A stretch of 63,279 nt of DNA, counting the filler, from Lenisia limosa (Eukaryota; Protista; Breviatea), in NCBI GenBank assembly GCA_001655205.1. It is 13 parts of 13 records of this genome, joined end to end, with 100 filler letters (N's around TTAATTAATTAA, not from the genome) between each part and the next. Parts side by side here need not be neighbours in the genome. Positions count along the whole stretch, not along the records: positions 20,682 to 44,992 come from LPNZ01005658.1; positions 45,093 to 48,814 come from LPNZ01002167.1; positions 48,915 to 50,007 come from LPNZ01002505.1; 10 more parts are not named here. The stretch is one strand, 5' to 3'. Both the position numbers and the translations under genes were made by a program. Shown here in pieces: positions 37,422 through 49,965 of this stretch. Numbering within the stretch: position 1 is the stretch's first letter; the number at the start of each line of letters is the position of its first letter. Under the pieces are notes generated by a model. It searched no databases. It had not been told where the DNA came from and saw nothing but the letters and a program-made list of their open reading frames with translations.

Positions 37422-39354
37422 ATGATTCCAGTCTCATCATTTAATACGATTCAAATATTAGGAAGACCCTTTTCTAGGAGCTTTGCCACCGCTGCAAAGG
37501 CTACCGGTTAGTTTCATTTTGTCACTAAGCCACCTTCTAGCATTGTAACTCATGTTTTAGGAATCAAAGTATTCAATAAGGTAGTTAAAAACGACCCTTC
37601 CTCGTAAGCACCTTTCCCTTGCATAATCACAGTATTTCCATATTCTACTGCTATCTCCTTTGCCAATAACATGGTGATATATCAGTTTGATAACTGTTTT
37701 TTTGATAAAATATATATAAGAAATAGTACCGTAACAATTTCCTTTGAAATCACATTTCAGAGAGTTCCCTGCTGAAGCTGGGCGTTACCACCTGTACACT
37801 GCGGGCTCCTGTCCATGGGTTTGGGGCTCACATATTCTTCACAATGTGCTTCACTTGCTCTAAGTTTACTGATTTTATAGGCCCATAGAGTTACCCTGGC
37901 TTTGGCCCTTAAAGGAATTGGGCAGGATGTCATTTCACAGTCTGTTGTCTTCCCAGTCCTCGATAAGAAAATCGGTTGGTTTACCACGTTTCTTACGTTC
38001 TGGGATGCATTTACATATGCTATTGCCTTTTCTTTCGTTATTACAAATTCTCTAAATTCATCTATCTTCGTAGCTAGTAGCGTGTGGAGATTATTTCTTG
38101 TACGCTGCCATTTGTGACAACTTACCAGATTAGGATGGCAGTTTGACCCCGAGTTCCCTGGATGCACCCCTGACCTGGCAAATGGATTAGAGGTGTGGAA
38201 TCGGAATGAAATATATCATTTGGACATTTCTTTGACTTAGTAGGGCATGAAGGCAGTGTATGAGAAAGCAGCTCCTGATTACGCTGGTGTGTGGTGAATA
38301 GGTGATAATATATTCACATTTCACCCTCCTTATTTCGTGCATTGGTTCTGGTTTCAAAGACTGTTGTGTTTTTAAAAGCTTTTTTAGCCTAGTGTGACAA
38401 TATAGGACGCTGGACAGTTCCGTGTCTTTGGGACACAAAAACGAACACTATGGTCAACAATGGTAAAGAATATGTGGGTGACACTAACCCTTCAGAGTCC
38501 GAGGACATCATGAGAATGGTGAATTCAAGTTTCAATGAATTTGCCATAAATAAGCGACTTGATTTATATCCAAAGGTACTCTTTGGTAGTTTACTTAATA
38601 TTTCTGCTTTGTTTTGATTATGTTATGTTCTTAAGGAATTGCAAAAGGACATTGATGCGCTCAACAAAAAAACAAATGGAGAACTGACGATGGGCGTCTA
38701 TAACGCTGGTTTGACCAAGGTCCAAAGAGGATGTGAGTGGATCTAACAAAGATTATTTGACATTGTCTCGATTTTGACATGATTAGACGATAAGATTGTT
38801 GCTAAAGTCTTTGACTGTCTTGATGGGCTTGAAACTAAGCTCACTGCTTTCCCCTTCCTCATGGGTAACAAGATTTCTGAGGTTTGTAGTGATACACTTG
38901 TTTTTTTGAAGTGAACTATTAATAGCTTTAGGCTGACCTGAGAGTGTTCCCTACGATTGTTCGTTTCGATGCAATTTACTACTCTGCCTTCAAAGTTAGT
39001 TATACTCTACCCCTTGTTTGTTTGACTGTTTAGTGTAATATTCGTCGCATTTCTGAGTACCCTCACCTCCATGCCTGGATGGAAGGTCAGTCAGTGTTGG
39101 GTCGGTGTATTTCCTTAGCACGTTTCCATTTCAATTATTTAATTATTCAGAAATTAAGAGCCTTCCTGGGGTTAATGGAACAATTAACCTTGAACACATC
39201 AAAAAGCATTATTGGCAAAGGTAAGGTTTCGCCGGATTATGCAAACGTGTTTTTGGTCGGATTTTTCATAATCTGCCTAATATATATCTGATCCCACAGT
39301 TACCCTGACATCAACCCAACCAAAATCATTCCTGCTGGCCCCACCATCATCTAA
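37422..39354 (+). CDS. Glutathionyl-hydroquinone reductase (GST Xi/omega-like, YqjG/Ecm4 family) with a putative N-terminal mitochondrial presequence
   Basis: FPAEAGRYHLYTAGSCPWAHRVTLALALKG, VPCLWDTKTNTMVNN..ESEDIMRM, LDLYP, GVYNAG, ADLRVFPTIVRFDAIYYSAFKCNIRRISEYPHL, TINLEHIKKHYWQSYPDINPTKIIPAGP; N-terminus MIPVSSFNTIQILGRPFSRSFATAAK. Confidence 0.9.
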
Positions 39355-39901
39355 TAATTATTTTATTTTGGCCATTATTGATTATTGATCTGTTTATCAG
39401 TTTGTCCCAATGTATTTATTTATCTTATCTTAAAGTTATAAAAATGTGTTAAGAGGTTGAAAGGAGGAAAGGGGAGAGGAGAAGGGCAGAGGGTTATGAA
39501 AGTGAGCACCTGATAGACGTGTGAGATTGACGTGACAATGATAAAGCAATAATCTATCCTGCAGTTGCGCAGTTGTTGTGACGACAATATTTTGGTTTGA
39601 TGTTGGGAGGGATGGTATGTCAGATTTTCCGGTTTTGGTGCATTAGATGATAACACCCTCTCTCATTGCACCCAACCCGTGCGTGTTATAAAAGCCAGTT
39701 TTGTTTTTGATTTTGCTTTTTTCCTTTTTGCCTAGAGCAAAATATTATTAATTAAAGACCTCTCGCCAAATAAAAAAACCTCACCTCACTACCCCACCGT
39801 GACCGTGACCGTAAACCACATCCTCAACACAACAAACAGATTCTCTGCAACAACCCTCAACCTCTCAGCTTCTGTTGTCAGGGCTCTTCTTTTTTGCTAT
39901 C

Positions 39902-41210
39902 ATGAGTTCAAATAGATCTGATATGTTTAAGGTTGGTGGGTGTTTATTAACTCTGATCTTAACAGTTATTAGGCATAAAGAGTTATCTGGCATAAACAAC
40001 AAGATATTTTCCATAAACAACTGTTATCACAAATTCATATTCCCAAATAACAGTTACAGTTCTAAAACGACATTCCATTTTCCGGCTGAAATAGTGAGAA
40101 TATTATAAGTCGATTCATTTGATGCTATGTGGGGTCAGATAGCGGTGTATGCAAGATAAATGTATTTGCTAGATTACTGGTACTGTTGTTTGAGGGTGAT
40201 CGATCGGTTGCGTAATGGTTGCATGAGTAGCATAATGGTTGCAGTCAGGACCATCAGATGGTGCGACAACCCGAAGAAATGCGGTTCTGGCTGACCAGAG
40301 AGCACGAAGGAGAGAACTCCATGTTTGTGGGATTGCCACTTGGCGGCTGGAGGAGTTGATTATATTTTGGAAAAACTTATAAATATCTTGAACAGGTGGC
40401 CAAAAGACTTCAAAAACAGCTTGATACTGATGTATTACCTCCAACCCCACCTGTCACAGTAGCTCCTTCTCAAAACACTGAAGGTTGGCAGGCTAATTAT
40501 ATTGTATTTTTATGTATTTTTTTGAGAGCTTAGTTTTTGCTGTTTGAGGACCTGACCTTTTCCAGTTTGTTCACTTGCCGTTGAGTCTTCTGGGTCAGTG
40601 GTTGACAACTTTGCAATTGAAAACTATGTTCAAGGTATTTATTGGGGAGGCAAACAGTTTTTCAAGTTTTGATGGCCTGTTGTGGGTTTATTTTCTTCTG
40701 ATTATGTAAAGAGTCAAGGGATTCACAAACTCTTCTTGGATGTCACTGGTGTAGAACAAGAAGACCTGGCGAGAGAGAAATCTGTCCCGAGACGTCAAGG
40801 TAACTTCTTTCGACTTCCTTAAGGATCACAATGACTGATTAGAGGCACCTCCCCTCATGCATCCGGAGCAGTTTACTGAAATCCCTTCAGACCTCTCCCA
40901 AAAATGGTTTTTGATGGATTATTTTTTCCGTTAGGCATTGTTATGGGCGATCCTATGCTTTCCATTGACGTACATGTTTCTGATTTTTTAGGATGGTGAC
41001 ACCCCTTCCTGCTGGGGTCCGTTGTGTTGCTTTGGCCTCTAGAGGTAAGTTAGAGAAAGGAAGAACTGACCTATCAGGTCGAACCCTTCTTCATGATGCA
41101 TCCGGCAAGTTGCTCTTTAAAACATCTTCCATACTTCCTGCAGGCAACCAAGGCGACCGCCGTCCTAATGCGTCGATCTTGGATTGCATTTATTGGTATG
41201 AAACTTTTAT
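39902..41210 (+). CDS. Hypothetical protein, multi-exon
   Basis: MSSNRSDMFK| followed by AG/GT-bounded segments such as VAKRLQKQLDTDVLPPTPPVTVAPSQNTE, CSLAVESSGSVVDNFAIENYVQ and SRDSQTLLGCHWCRTRRPGEREICPETS. Confidence 0.4.
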
Positions 41211-42699
41211 AACTTTCAGAGCAAACATTGAATTGCTTAATATGCTATCTGATATATGATGATGCATATGACCATTTTTTGAATATTATAATTCAGCGAG
41301 GCGCTGAAAACTGTTTTCTGTTTTGATATGCTGTCCTGGAACAACTTCGAAATCGACCAAGCTGATGCGGAATTTAGGTTAGGATGCTATTATCACAGAA
41401 TTATAAGGTAACTGATTGGATGAATTAATATGGTACTATAATCCAATAGCCAGATACAACCTTGTCTTTTATTTTATTGCTATATTATTATACTCCCAAA
41501 AAATGCGAGCACGGGCGGTTTTTTGAAATACCAATTTTTATGTTTCCCAAATAAAAAAACTCAAAATATAACCCTGTAATAGAGAAAAAGGCGTTGAAAA
41601 TATAAATACTTATTTATTGTACATTCAGTTCCTTGTTGAATCAATATTAGAGTTTGGAAAGCCCTACTTACGTATCATGAACCAAATAGTAGTAATGTTT
41701 AAAGTTTGCATGATAAGGAGTAGGGTGATATTAGTAATACTCTTTATAATTTTCCATTTTCACCCCCCACACACAAAGCAGAATGTCTCCAATATTCACC
41801 AGAATCCCCATTCACCCACCACCAGCCCAGCAATATTGGCCGCCGTACCTTCCCCTCCCCAGTTCCTACACAAGCCAAATCCCGATACCGCCGATTCCCA
41901 GCACCAGCGTACAGAGTGGCGNNNNNNNNNNNNNNNNNNNNNNNNNNNNNNNNNNNNNNNNNNNNNNNNNNNNNNNNNNNNNNNNNNNNNNNNACACTCA
42001 ATACATCATAGTAGTATATACATAGCTACTATACATATTACTTGGACTTCCCCACGGTCCGAAAAAGACCGTCAGCATATCGATAATTGTCAAGGTTTTA
42101 TCGAGAAATTCCGTCTTTTCTGGGACCGCAGGGAAGTCATATACTATATTACATATCGTAAAAATGTTCAAACTCTTCTCCCTTTGTTACTTGCTATTAG
42201 TGTACCTCAATTGTCTAGCAAAGTCAGACATTTAGCAAGCATTCAATGTTTCTACCTTTACTCCCACAAGTCCCAGTTTTAACCCTCCCAGGCCTAGTTC
42301 AGCCATGGAGCTATCAACTCCCCGAGCTTCCCCCCTTACAGCTTCCTCCATAGTTGGGGAGATACATATTTGCAACTGTTAAGGGATCTAAGATATGATG
42401 ACTTTTTACCGTAATAGGCAAGTCAGTATGTTGTTCAATCCCAATGCCTTTTCGGAGGAAATAAATGAGAATATATGACTTATAATAATATTTCTTTATT
42501 ACAATCATTATAACGCGAAGAGGGATAATAAAATGTCTGTTTAGTCGTTTCCAGGGTTTTCTTATTCTTCAGGTTTTCCGGTTCTTCAACTTCGGTCAAG
42601 GTTTTGTTTAATTGTGTTTCGGCTTCTCTTTTATTTATTATGGAACATACTCGTCTTTCTCCCAGGGTATTCTGCCATTTCAGTTTAAAATTATTCCAA

Positions 42700-44440
42700 A
42701 GTCTCTGGGTTGTTATTTGTATTTTCCAGAGAGTTAAGGGTCCAACTGAAGTAACACACCAGCTCGCAAGTACACAAGTACCTTGTGATAATTGAGAAAT
42801 TAGAGGTAGGCCATTGTAATCAGCACCATTTCAGACTCTTCAAATTTGACAACTTATAATCAATTTCACAAACACACTCCAAGATCTGTCAGCAACTCGT
42901 GGTTAACCAGAGAAAAGGAAGCAAAAATGAGAACAATTCAATAAATAGATAAATAAACCACGTAACCCTTTAGTCGTATCCTCGCCGCCAAGAGTGCAGG
43001 TGGCCCGCAGAGGGCGGCTGCCATTTGCTGCAGGTTACAATGTGACTTGAAGCGGCAGACTCATGCCTTCCGATGTTGTAGTTGTGCGAGGTGAAGAAGG
43101 GCGATGCGTCGTCCGTTTGGTTGCGCTGGCATTTACAAGGGCGGCCCACTCCATCCCTGTCATTGGCTCGACCAAACGCGGGGTTTATACAAATGATTGG
43201 TGCAAACCCAGAACCAAAAAACTGAACCCAGATCCCGAAGCAATTCAGCTCCTCATCCGGGATAGCATGCAATAATGCCCCCAGTTCCCGGCCAGTGATC
43301 GGCTTTTTCAGTCTTCTGTTGAGCTGTGTCAAGACGTTGTGCAGAAGTGACCATTGGTTACGAGTGGAAATCGCCCGAAGCCCTCCTAATATGGCATCTC
43401 TGTGACTTTCCTCCATTGTGCTTGGTGCCTCTAAGACTTCCTGCTTTACCGAAATGCGTTATTCTAAGGGCCAAAACAGTTGAGGTTCACCATAGACACG
43501 ACTATTGGCGGCTCTGCCTGGGGGTCTATATCATTACTGTAGTGTACATACGATGAGTCACACAAGTAATGGGAAACAGTTTTCCTTATAACTTGTCGCA
43601 AAATAGGTCTTATTATCTAAAAATTCAAATTATGATGTGTTTTTAACGAAAGAAAAAAATATCACTTGTAATACCATAAAAATCAGTGCATCAAAATGCT
43701 GAAAATTCCCTGTACTTCAGCTGGCACGCCCCCTTTGGTGGCCATTAAAGTCAAAAAAAAAACACCATGGTATTGTGTCAATCAGGTTTCTCATCTCCCT
43801 CACATGTTTAAATTGGGTGAATGACAAAAATCAAAATATATGCCAAAAATACGAATTTTGGTGCAATTCACACTTAAAAAGACATATTTTGGGACAAGTT
43901 ATAAAGGAAAAACCTTTTGCCATTACTTATGTAACTCACTGTACTTTCTTGTCACATTCCTATATGGGTATGTTGGGATGGGGGGGGGGGGTAANNNNNN
44001 NNNNNNNNNNNNNNNNNNNNNNNNNNNNNNNNNNNNNNNNNNNNNNNNNNGCTGGAAAAACATGAGGGTAAACAACAAAACAAAAAAAGCCTGTGGGGTG
44101 AGAACACTGGATGAAAGTTGCTTCTAAATAACCATATCTAAAGTGCATGCCAATTCTTACTTTTGTTGTCAGCTCTTTAGTCTTTTTTCGTAAGTCCATC
44201 TCCAGTGTACAAGGTGTAAAAGAGGGCTCGGAGGATTGCTGGCAAGCTCCCTCAGGAGTGAGATGTAGTTACGTCATCTTAGTGTTGCAGGTAGAAGGGG
44301 AGGGGGGGCTGCTTTATCAAAGAAATGGCGAAAAGAAATTGAAAGGAGAAATATAAAGCTAAACAGGGCAAAGAGGAACAAAGAGAGCGCTTCAAGCCAA
44401 GGCCCTTCGCCTGGGTGGTTATATACCTCTCTTTTCATCG
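42700..44440 (-). CDS. Hypothetical protein, multi-exon, divergent from LeuRS
   Basis: Open segments including MEESHRDAILGGLRAISTRNQWSLLHNVLTQLNRRLKKPITGRELGALLHAIPDEELNCFGIW; boundaries uncertain. Confidence 0.3.
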
Positions 44441-44486
44441 AGTTTGCTGAAGAAAATAATCTTTTTGGACTCTTATACTGATAAAG

Positions 44487-44825
44487 ATGACGATGTCAGA
44501 ACCTAAGGTATGGGCTTTTACAAAAATTCAAAAAACGTCGCTGTTCACACCGCTCAGGGGACAACCGGACAAGTGAAGTTCACAAGGCGTGACACTCTCC
44601 TCGATATCGAGGCTGAGGTCCAGCAAGACTGGGAAAGTCAGAAGGTAGGGTTCCAATCTCAGGCGATCAAGGCCTCTCACCTTCTCCTTGTAGATTTTTG
44701 AGGTCAATGCTCCCCTTGACGGCGAGGAAGACCAGGAGAAGTTCATGGTTACCTTCCCTTACCCCTATATGAACGGCAAGCTCCATCTTGGCCATGCTTT
44801 CTCTCTCACAAAGACCGAGTTCGCT
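44487..44825 (+). CDS. LARS: Cytosolic leucyl-tRNA synthetase, first 3 exons (the rest lies beyond the scaffold end)
   Basis: MTMSEPK|[29 protein letters not shown]|IFEVNAP...[30 protein letters not shown]; class I HIGH motif (HLGH) in the eukaryote/archaea-type context. Confidence 0.92.
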
Positions 44826-45164
44826 GTGAGTGGGGGGTTTTCTTGGGTTTATCAACGCAGTAGTAGATTGTGGGATTGTTTGGCGGCTGTGCTACTGAGG
44901 CTGAACATGTTCATGGCCTTATTGTTTCGATCTATTCAACTGGATCAGCACTTGATTAATCTTTTTTCGTCTTCAATACAGTAATAGTGTAGNNNNNNNN
45001 NNNNNNNNNNNNNNNNNNNNNNNNNNNNNNNNNNNNTTAATTAATTAANNNNNNNNNNNNNNNNNNNNNNNNNNNNNNNNNNNNNNNNNNNNGGAAAATG
45101 GGAATTTATAAAAAATCGGGTAAAATCGGGTTTAGTGTCGGTAGCATATATAAGACAACCTCTT

Positions 45165-48100
45165 GGACCCACTTCGAACTTCACCGATTTTGAGTGCAAG
45201 GTCTTCTCGTCTGTCGAGGAGATAGTTCAGGCTTGTCGTGATCTGAATGTAAGAGAGTGCTTTATGGTGAATTGAATATAAGAGGTTGTAAATCATGTCA
45301 CTTTTTGGATCATTTTCACACCTGTAAATTACTTTTTTCCACATTCATAGATGATAATAACACCCCCCCACCTCCAGAGCCGCATCCACAGGATCTTCAA
45401 GGTCGGAATCTGGCCACTCTCCAGCAAAGCTCCGGCCGAACACGCCATCCTCGTCGTCGGTTACTTGCAAGGACGCTACATCCTGGGGGGGGGGGGTAAA
45501 CGAGTGTGATTGACGTGTTTGTGATAAGTTGTTTCAATGAGAACCGCAAATTAATAAAATTAGGGGTGTCATCCTATCCCCTCTCATCATCTTTGTAAAC
45601 CGTCTCTTATAACTAGGGCTTCACTTGCTCGAAAAAGACTAGATAAAATATTGATATTTATCGAAGATTTATCGAGAAATTCCGTAAAACAGAAATATAG
45701 CCCCCCCCCCCATACTTCGTCAGAAACGCTGGAACTACTCAGATCTCCGCGTTCACTTTCCTCATCCTCCTCATCCTCCAAAAACTCCTCGCTTTCCTCT
45801 TCGTTATCGGAAGCTATGTCAGAAGCTTCGGAACCTTCAACTTCCGACGGGCTATGTTGCACTACGCGGGCTTCAAATCCATCAAATTCTTGTCCGGCAA
45901 CTGTGAAAGTTGGGCCTGGGGGGGGGGGGGGGGGNNNNNNNNNNNNNNNNNNNNNNNNNNNNNNNNNNNNNNNNNNNNNNNNNNNNNNNNNNNNNNNNNN
46001 NNNNNNNNNNNNNNCCATCTGTTAGCTACAAACACACGCGGTTTGTGACACAGTGAAAGTTGGGTATTGGGGAGGGGGGTAGTGAAAGTGATAAATGATG
46101 CTAAATTTATGGAACAATATACTGCGATCATCATCCATCCCTTCCAAAGCCCCGGCTACCTTCAGGGCTTCTTTGTGCCTCCACTTCCGAGGGACTGGTA
46201 GCCGAGCCTTCCTCGTCACACCCACTTGACTCTTCAGCTTGTGATTCAGGAATTACAACTCCACCTGTAGGGCTTGAAATCCCAGCTTCTTCACTTTCTT
46301 CTTCTTCTTCTTCGTCATTCTCAAACTCATCCTCTTCTTCCTCCTCACTTTCCTCCTCAACTGGTTCGGCCGCAGCCGTTTCTCCGGGGGTAGTTTGCTC
46401 AGAAAAGGAGAAGGACGGCGCGCCAACTTGGCCGGCTACATAGGGCTTTACTTGCTCCTCTTCTGACTCTGAACCACTTTCTTCTGGTTCTTCTTTCTCT
46501 TCCCTTTCTTCTTTCTCTTCTTCTTCCTTCTTCTCTTCCTCATCCCTGTCACTTCCACTACTCACAACGTCCTCGCGACTTGGGGTAGAGTCCTTGTGCT
46601 TCGGAGCCGTTGTACCGTCATCGTCAGACTGAGTGAGTTAAGGGGAGAATGGGGAAGGGAGGGGGAAGTCTGTGTGATATATCATCATGAAGGGTAAGTG
46701 TGGTTGGGTTCGGCGAGTAAAACTGGAAAATTCATGAAACAAAAAAAGGCCCAAAATCAACTCTGTTGGCTGAAACTTCTTCTACAACTTATGCAACTTA
46801 TGTAAAATGTGAAGATTCATTACGTTTTCACTCCATCTCCCCCCACGCTTGAGCCATCCTGATCACGAGTCACGTGCGACAAAGCCGCCACCGCCGAGAT
46901 CTCCGCGGCACGGGCAAGGTCCGATATTGTTGGGCGATGCTGGGGGGTTTAGAAGAAGGGGGGTATTATATGATGCTACATGTAGTGATTATACAATATT
47001 AGTAAATAGCGTATGCATATAATATAGCATGGAAAATAAAAAACAAGGATGTATCCAACCAAAGCCATCCACACCATCAATGCAGGTTACCCCACCCCCC
47101 TAAAAAGAAAAGTAGTATGATCATATTTTTGCCCCCCGCATATTGATACAATCCAATTTTCCCTAGATTTATCAATGTATTAATTCTCCTGCTCAAAAAA
47201 CAATCCCACTTTAGTAGGGTTGGCAGCCTTGCGAGGAGCAGCACCACGGATAATTTTACCTGGGGGGAGCCCTGCATATCGCGGGAGAGCCTGCGGCTGG
47301 TGGGGGGGGAGTAAAAATGGAAAATTTATGAAACAAAAAAGTCCAAAATCAACTCTGTTGGCTGACGACAACACACAAGGGTTGATAATAACAAAGCAAA
47401 CAAAGCTCAAGTCAGTCGCTTTTGCAGTACCGCATCCCATCACTCCAGCGTGTGAAAATGGAAAATTATAGAAATAAAAAAAGGAAATTACCTGGGGTAG
47501 GGGGGGTGGGGATAAAAATGGATATTTGAAAATGGAGAGTATTAGAGCTCAGGTCCCTCTACTCTTTCAAATTTCAAACACCCCCACTTTTGAAGGGTTT
47601 GGAGGAGGTGGCATTTCGTGTTTCAGTCTTGGTTTCTACGGAGTAAGAAGGGTAAGATTAGGAAACAGAAAACATGGAGATGATAGGGGGAAACCACTTT
47701 AACCCTCTCCATACCCCCCAACATTCCATCACCACTTTCCCCCACATCTTAATTTTACTCATGATACTACCACTTTTATCACTAATTTTTACTACAGACG
47801 CTGACACCCCCCTTTTTTAAATGGGATGGCTGAAAAAAAACGTCTAATATTTTCAAAAATTAAATATGATTCATGAATATATACCCCTTTTATCTCTTTT
47901 TATTTTTTAACTACAGACACAGCCACCCCCTTTTTAGATGAGCCCATCACCCTATTATCACCTATTATACGCCTCCATTATCACCTTGATTGCGGCAGCG
48001 GGTTTGGCAGACACCCGGGGCGGCGGCGGGTGGTCCACACTCTCAGAAGGGGCTGGGGCCTGGATGGTTCGGGCTGGGGAGTGATAAGGAGAATTTATAC

Positions 48101-48672
48101 AAAAAAGCCCAAATTAACTCTGTTGGTTGACAACACACGAGGGTTGATAACAAAATAGTAATAAAAAAAGGCCAGGCCAGTCGCTTTTATAGCACCGCAT
48201 CCCATCACTCAGTAAAATGATAAACAATCATAAATATCAATTCAAAGAACAATCCTAAATATCAATCCCAAATATCAATTTTCAATATCAGAACAACACC
48301 CCCCCCCCACGTTGACTTTTCGGTTTTTGGCCAGACACGGCCACGCGAACTCGTTGCGCTGACGTCGGCCTGAGATGTCAGGGAGGGGGGGGGGTGATGT
48401 GATGTAGTGTAAACTATCACCGGGATTTATTTTTTAAAAAATTTGGATTGAATATAAGATAAGCGAAACAAATACACATTAGGACCATATGTCGGGGAAG
48501 CGTCTTGAAGCGTTTGGGGTCCTCATTGAGAATCCTGATATGCTTTGTCTGTCAGGTTCAGTCCCACATCTGATAGACTTTTTCTGTCAGATCCAGCCTC
48601 ACACCTGATATGCTTTTTCTGCTGCTGCTGTTGCCACTGTTTTTGCTGTAGCCTACGATTGGCTGGCTCTGG
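45165..48672 (-). CDS. Hypothetical low-complexity protein (Pro/Gln-rich then Glu/Ser-rich), about 9 exons, partial
   Basis: Exons PANRRLQQKQWQQQQQKKHI, PQALPRYAGLPPGKIIRGAAPRKAANPTK, HRPTISDLARAAEISAVAALSH, a long acidic exon 46131-46630, DVASLQVTDDEDGVFGRSF..., ITTSLNYLLDRREDLALKIGEVR; all bounded by CAG and GT. Confidence 0.6.
47299..47443 (-). mobile_element. Full-length family B element (GT...AG) at an intron 3' end; further copies at ~46720-46775, 48076-48208, 48671-48785, 58255-58375, 61970-62069, 62950-63110 (-) and 52832-52911, 53218-53275, 53885-53992, 54110-54180, 55012-55077 (+)
   Basis: Minus strand: GTGATGGGATGCGGTACTGCAAAAGCGACTGACTTGAGCTTTGTTTG...ATCAACCCTTGTGTGTTGTCGTCAGCCAACAGAGTTGATTTTGGACTTTTTTGTTTCATAAATTTTCCATTTTTACTCCCCCCCACCAG|exon. 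Confidence 0.85.
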
Positions 48673-49169
48673 GGTGGGGGGAGAGTAAAATTGGAATATT
48701 TATGAAACAAAAAAAGGGCCAAAATCACCTCTGGTGAAAATGGAAAATTGTGAAATAAAAGCCCAAAATCAACTCTGCTGGAAAGTAACACACTTCAAAA
48801 GTATAATAGTAATANNNNNNNNNNNNNNNNNNNNNNNNNNNNNNNNNNNNNNNNNNNNTTAATTAATTAANNNNNNNNNNNNNNNNNNNNNNNNNNNNNN
48901 NNNNNNNNNNNNNNTCACGCTTATAAGAGATATTGGATTATAGCATAATATTAATTCACTCAATCATTTGCCTTACAACTCTGTGCACACAGCTTTCTGC
49001 GTATATTTTACACATTGATATCTATGATATAGTATATGATATAGTATATCATATCAATATGTCTACATAATAGTATTCACTATGTAGATAGTCATCAGAC
49101 ATTACATAATGCCAAATCAAGATATAGGGATTTACTTACTGAGAATTAAAGCAGTTTCAAAAAAGACGA

Positions 49170-49965
49170 CTCACATATTGGGCACGATTGCTGATGATGC
49201 TTCCCGGCTTGGTGTCAAATGCCTGGGATGTGAATACTTGTGGAAGGTAGGATGTGGGGAAAATTATGACTATCTCTGTTTCGATCAACTGAATTTATAT
49301 CCTTCTCCGTCCCAGAGGTTGCGAAAAGTCAAAAACTACAGTTGAATCAGTTATTTTCAGGACTCAAAAGCTCAACGCTCACTTGGAGAGTGTTGTTGCG
49401 GTAGTAGATGACAGACGAGGGTGGCGAGTTGTCATACACCACTCCATGTGCTGATACCTAGAGTGGTCAGGAAAAGAATGAAGTACTGGAAAAGATTGCA
49501 ACAATAATGTGGAATAAAGAAGACTTGTGTTTGAAAAAATGAAAGCGACAGTTGTTTTTTTTTTTTTCAGAAGCCTCTTACATGGTGGCATTTTGGGAGG
49601 AGGAGATTGACAGGTATAGACTCACCAGTCTCAGCGTCAATAAATGGTGGAGTATTATTTCTCTGTTGGAAATAAAAATGGAAATGAACTGCAATAATAC
49701 TGAAAAGACTGATAATGGAGTGGACAAATGAGAAGTAGAAGTATCAATTAATCGGTAAATCTTATCTGACCAACCTGTCTGATAGTTTGTCGGATTTTCT
49801 TGATGACGAAGTTGACTTCATCGCGAGAAGCATCGTGGATGGAACAAAACAAGTCAAGAAACTCCTTGAGTGCTAAAAAGAAAAATTTAAGTTTCCAGAA
49901 CTACCAAATGCATTATAGTACAGGGTGTTTGATTTATTCAGCAAACCTTCACCCTCAAGATCCCT
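49170..49965 (-). CDS. Hypothetical protein fragment
   Basis: Exons AVIKERDLEGE, EFLDLFCSIHDASRDEVNFVIKKIRQTIRQ, RNNTPPFIDAETGESIPVNLLLPK, VSAHGVVYDNSPPSSVIYYRNNTL. Confidence 0.45.
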
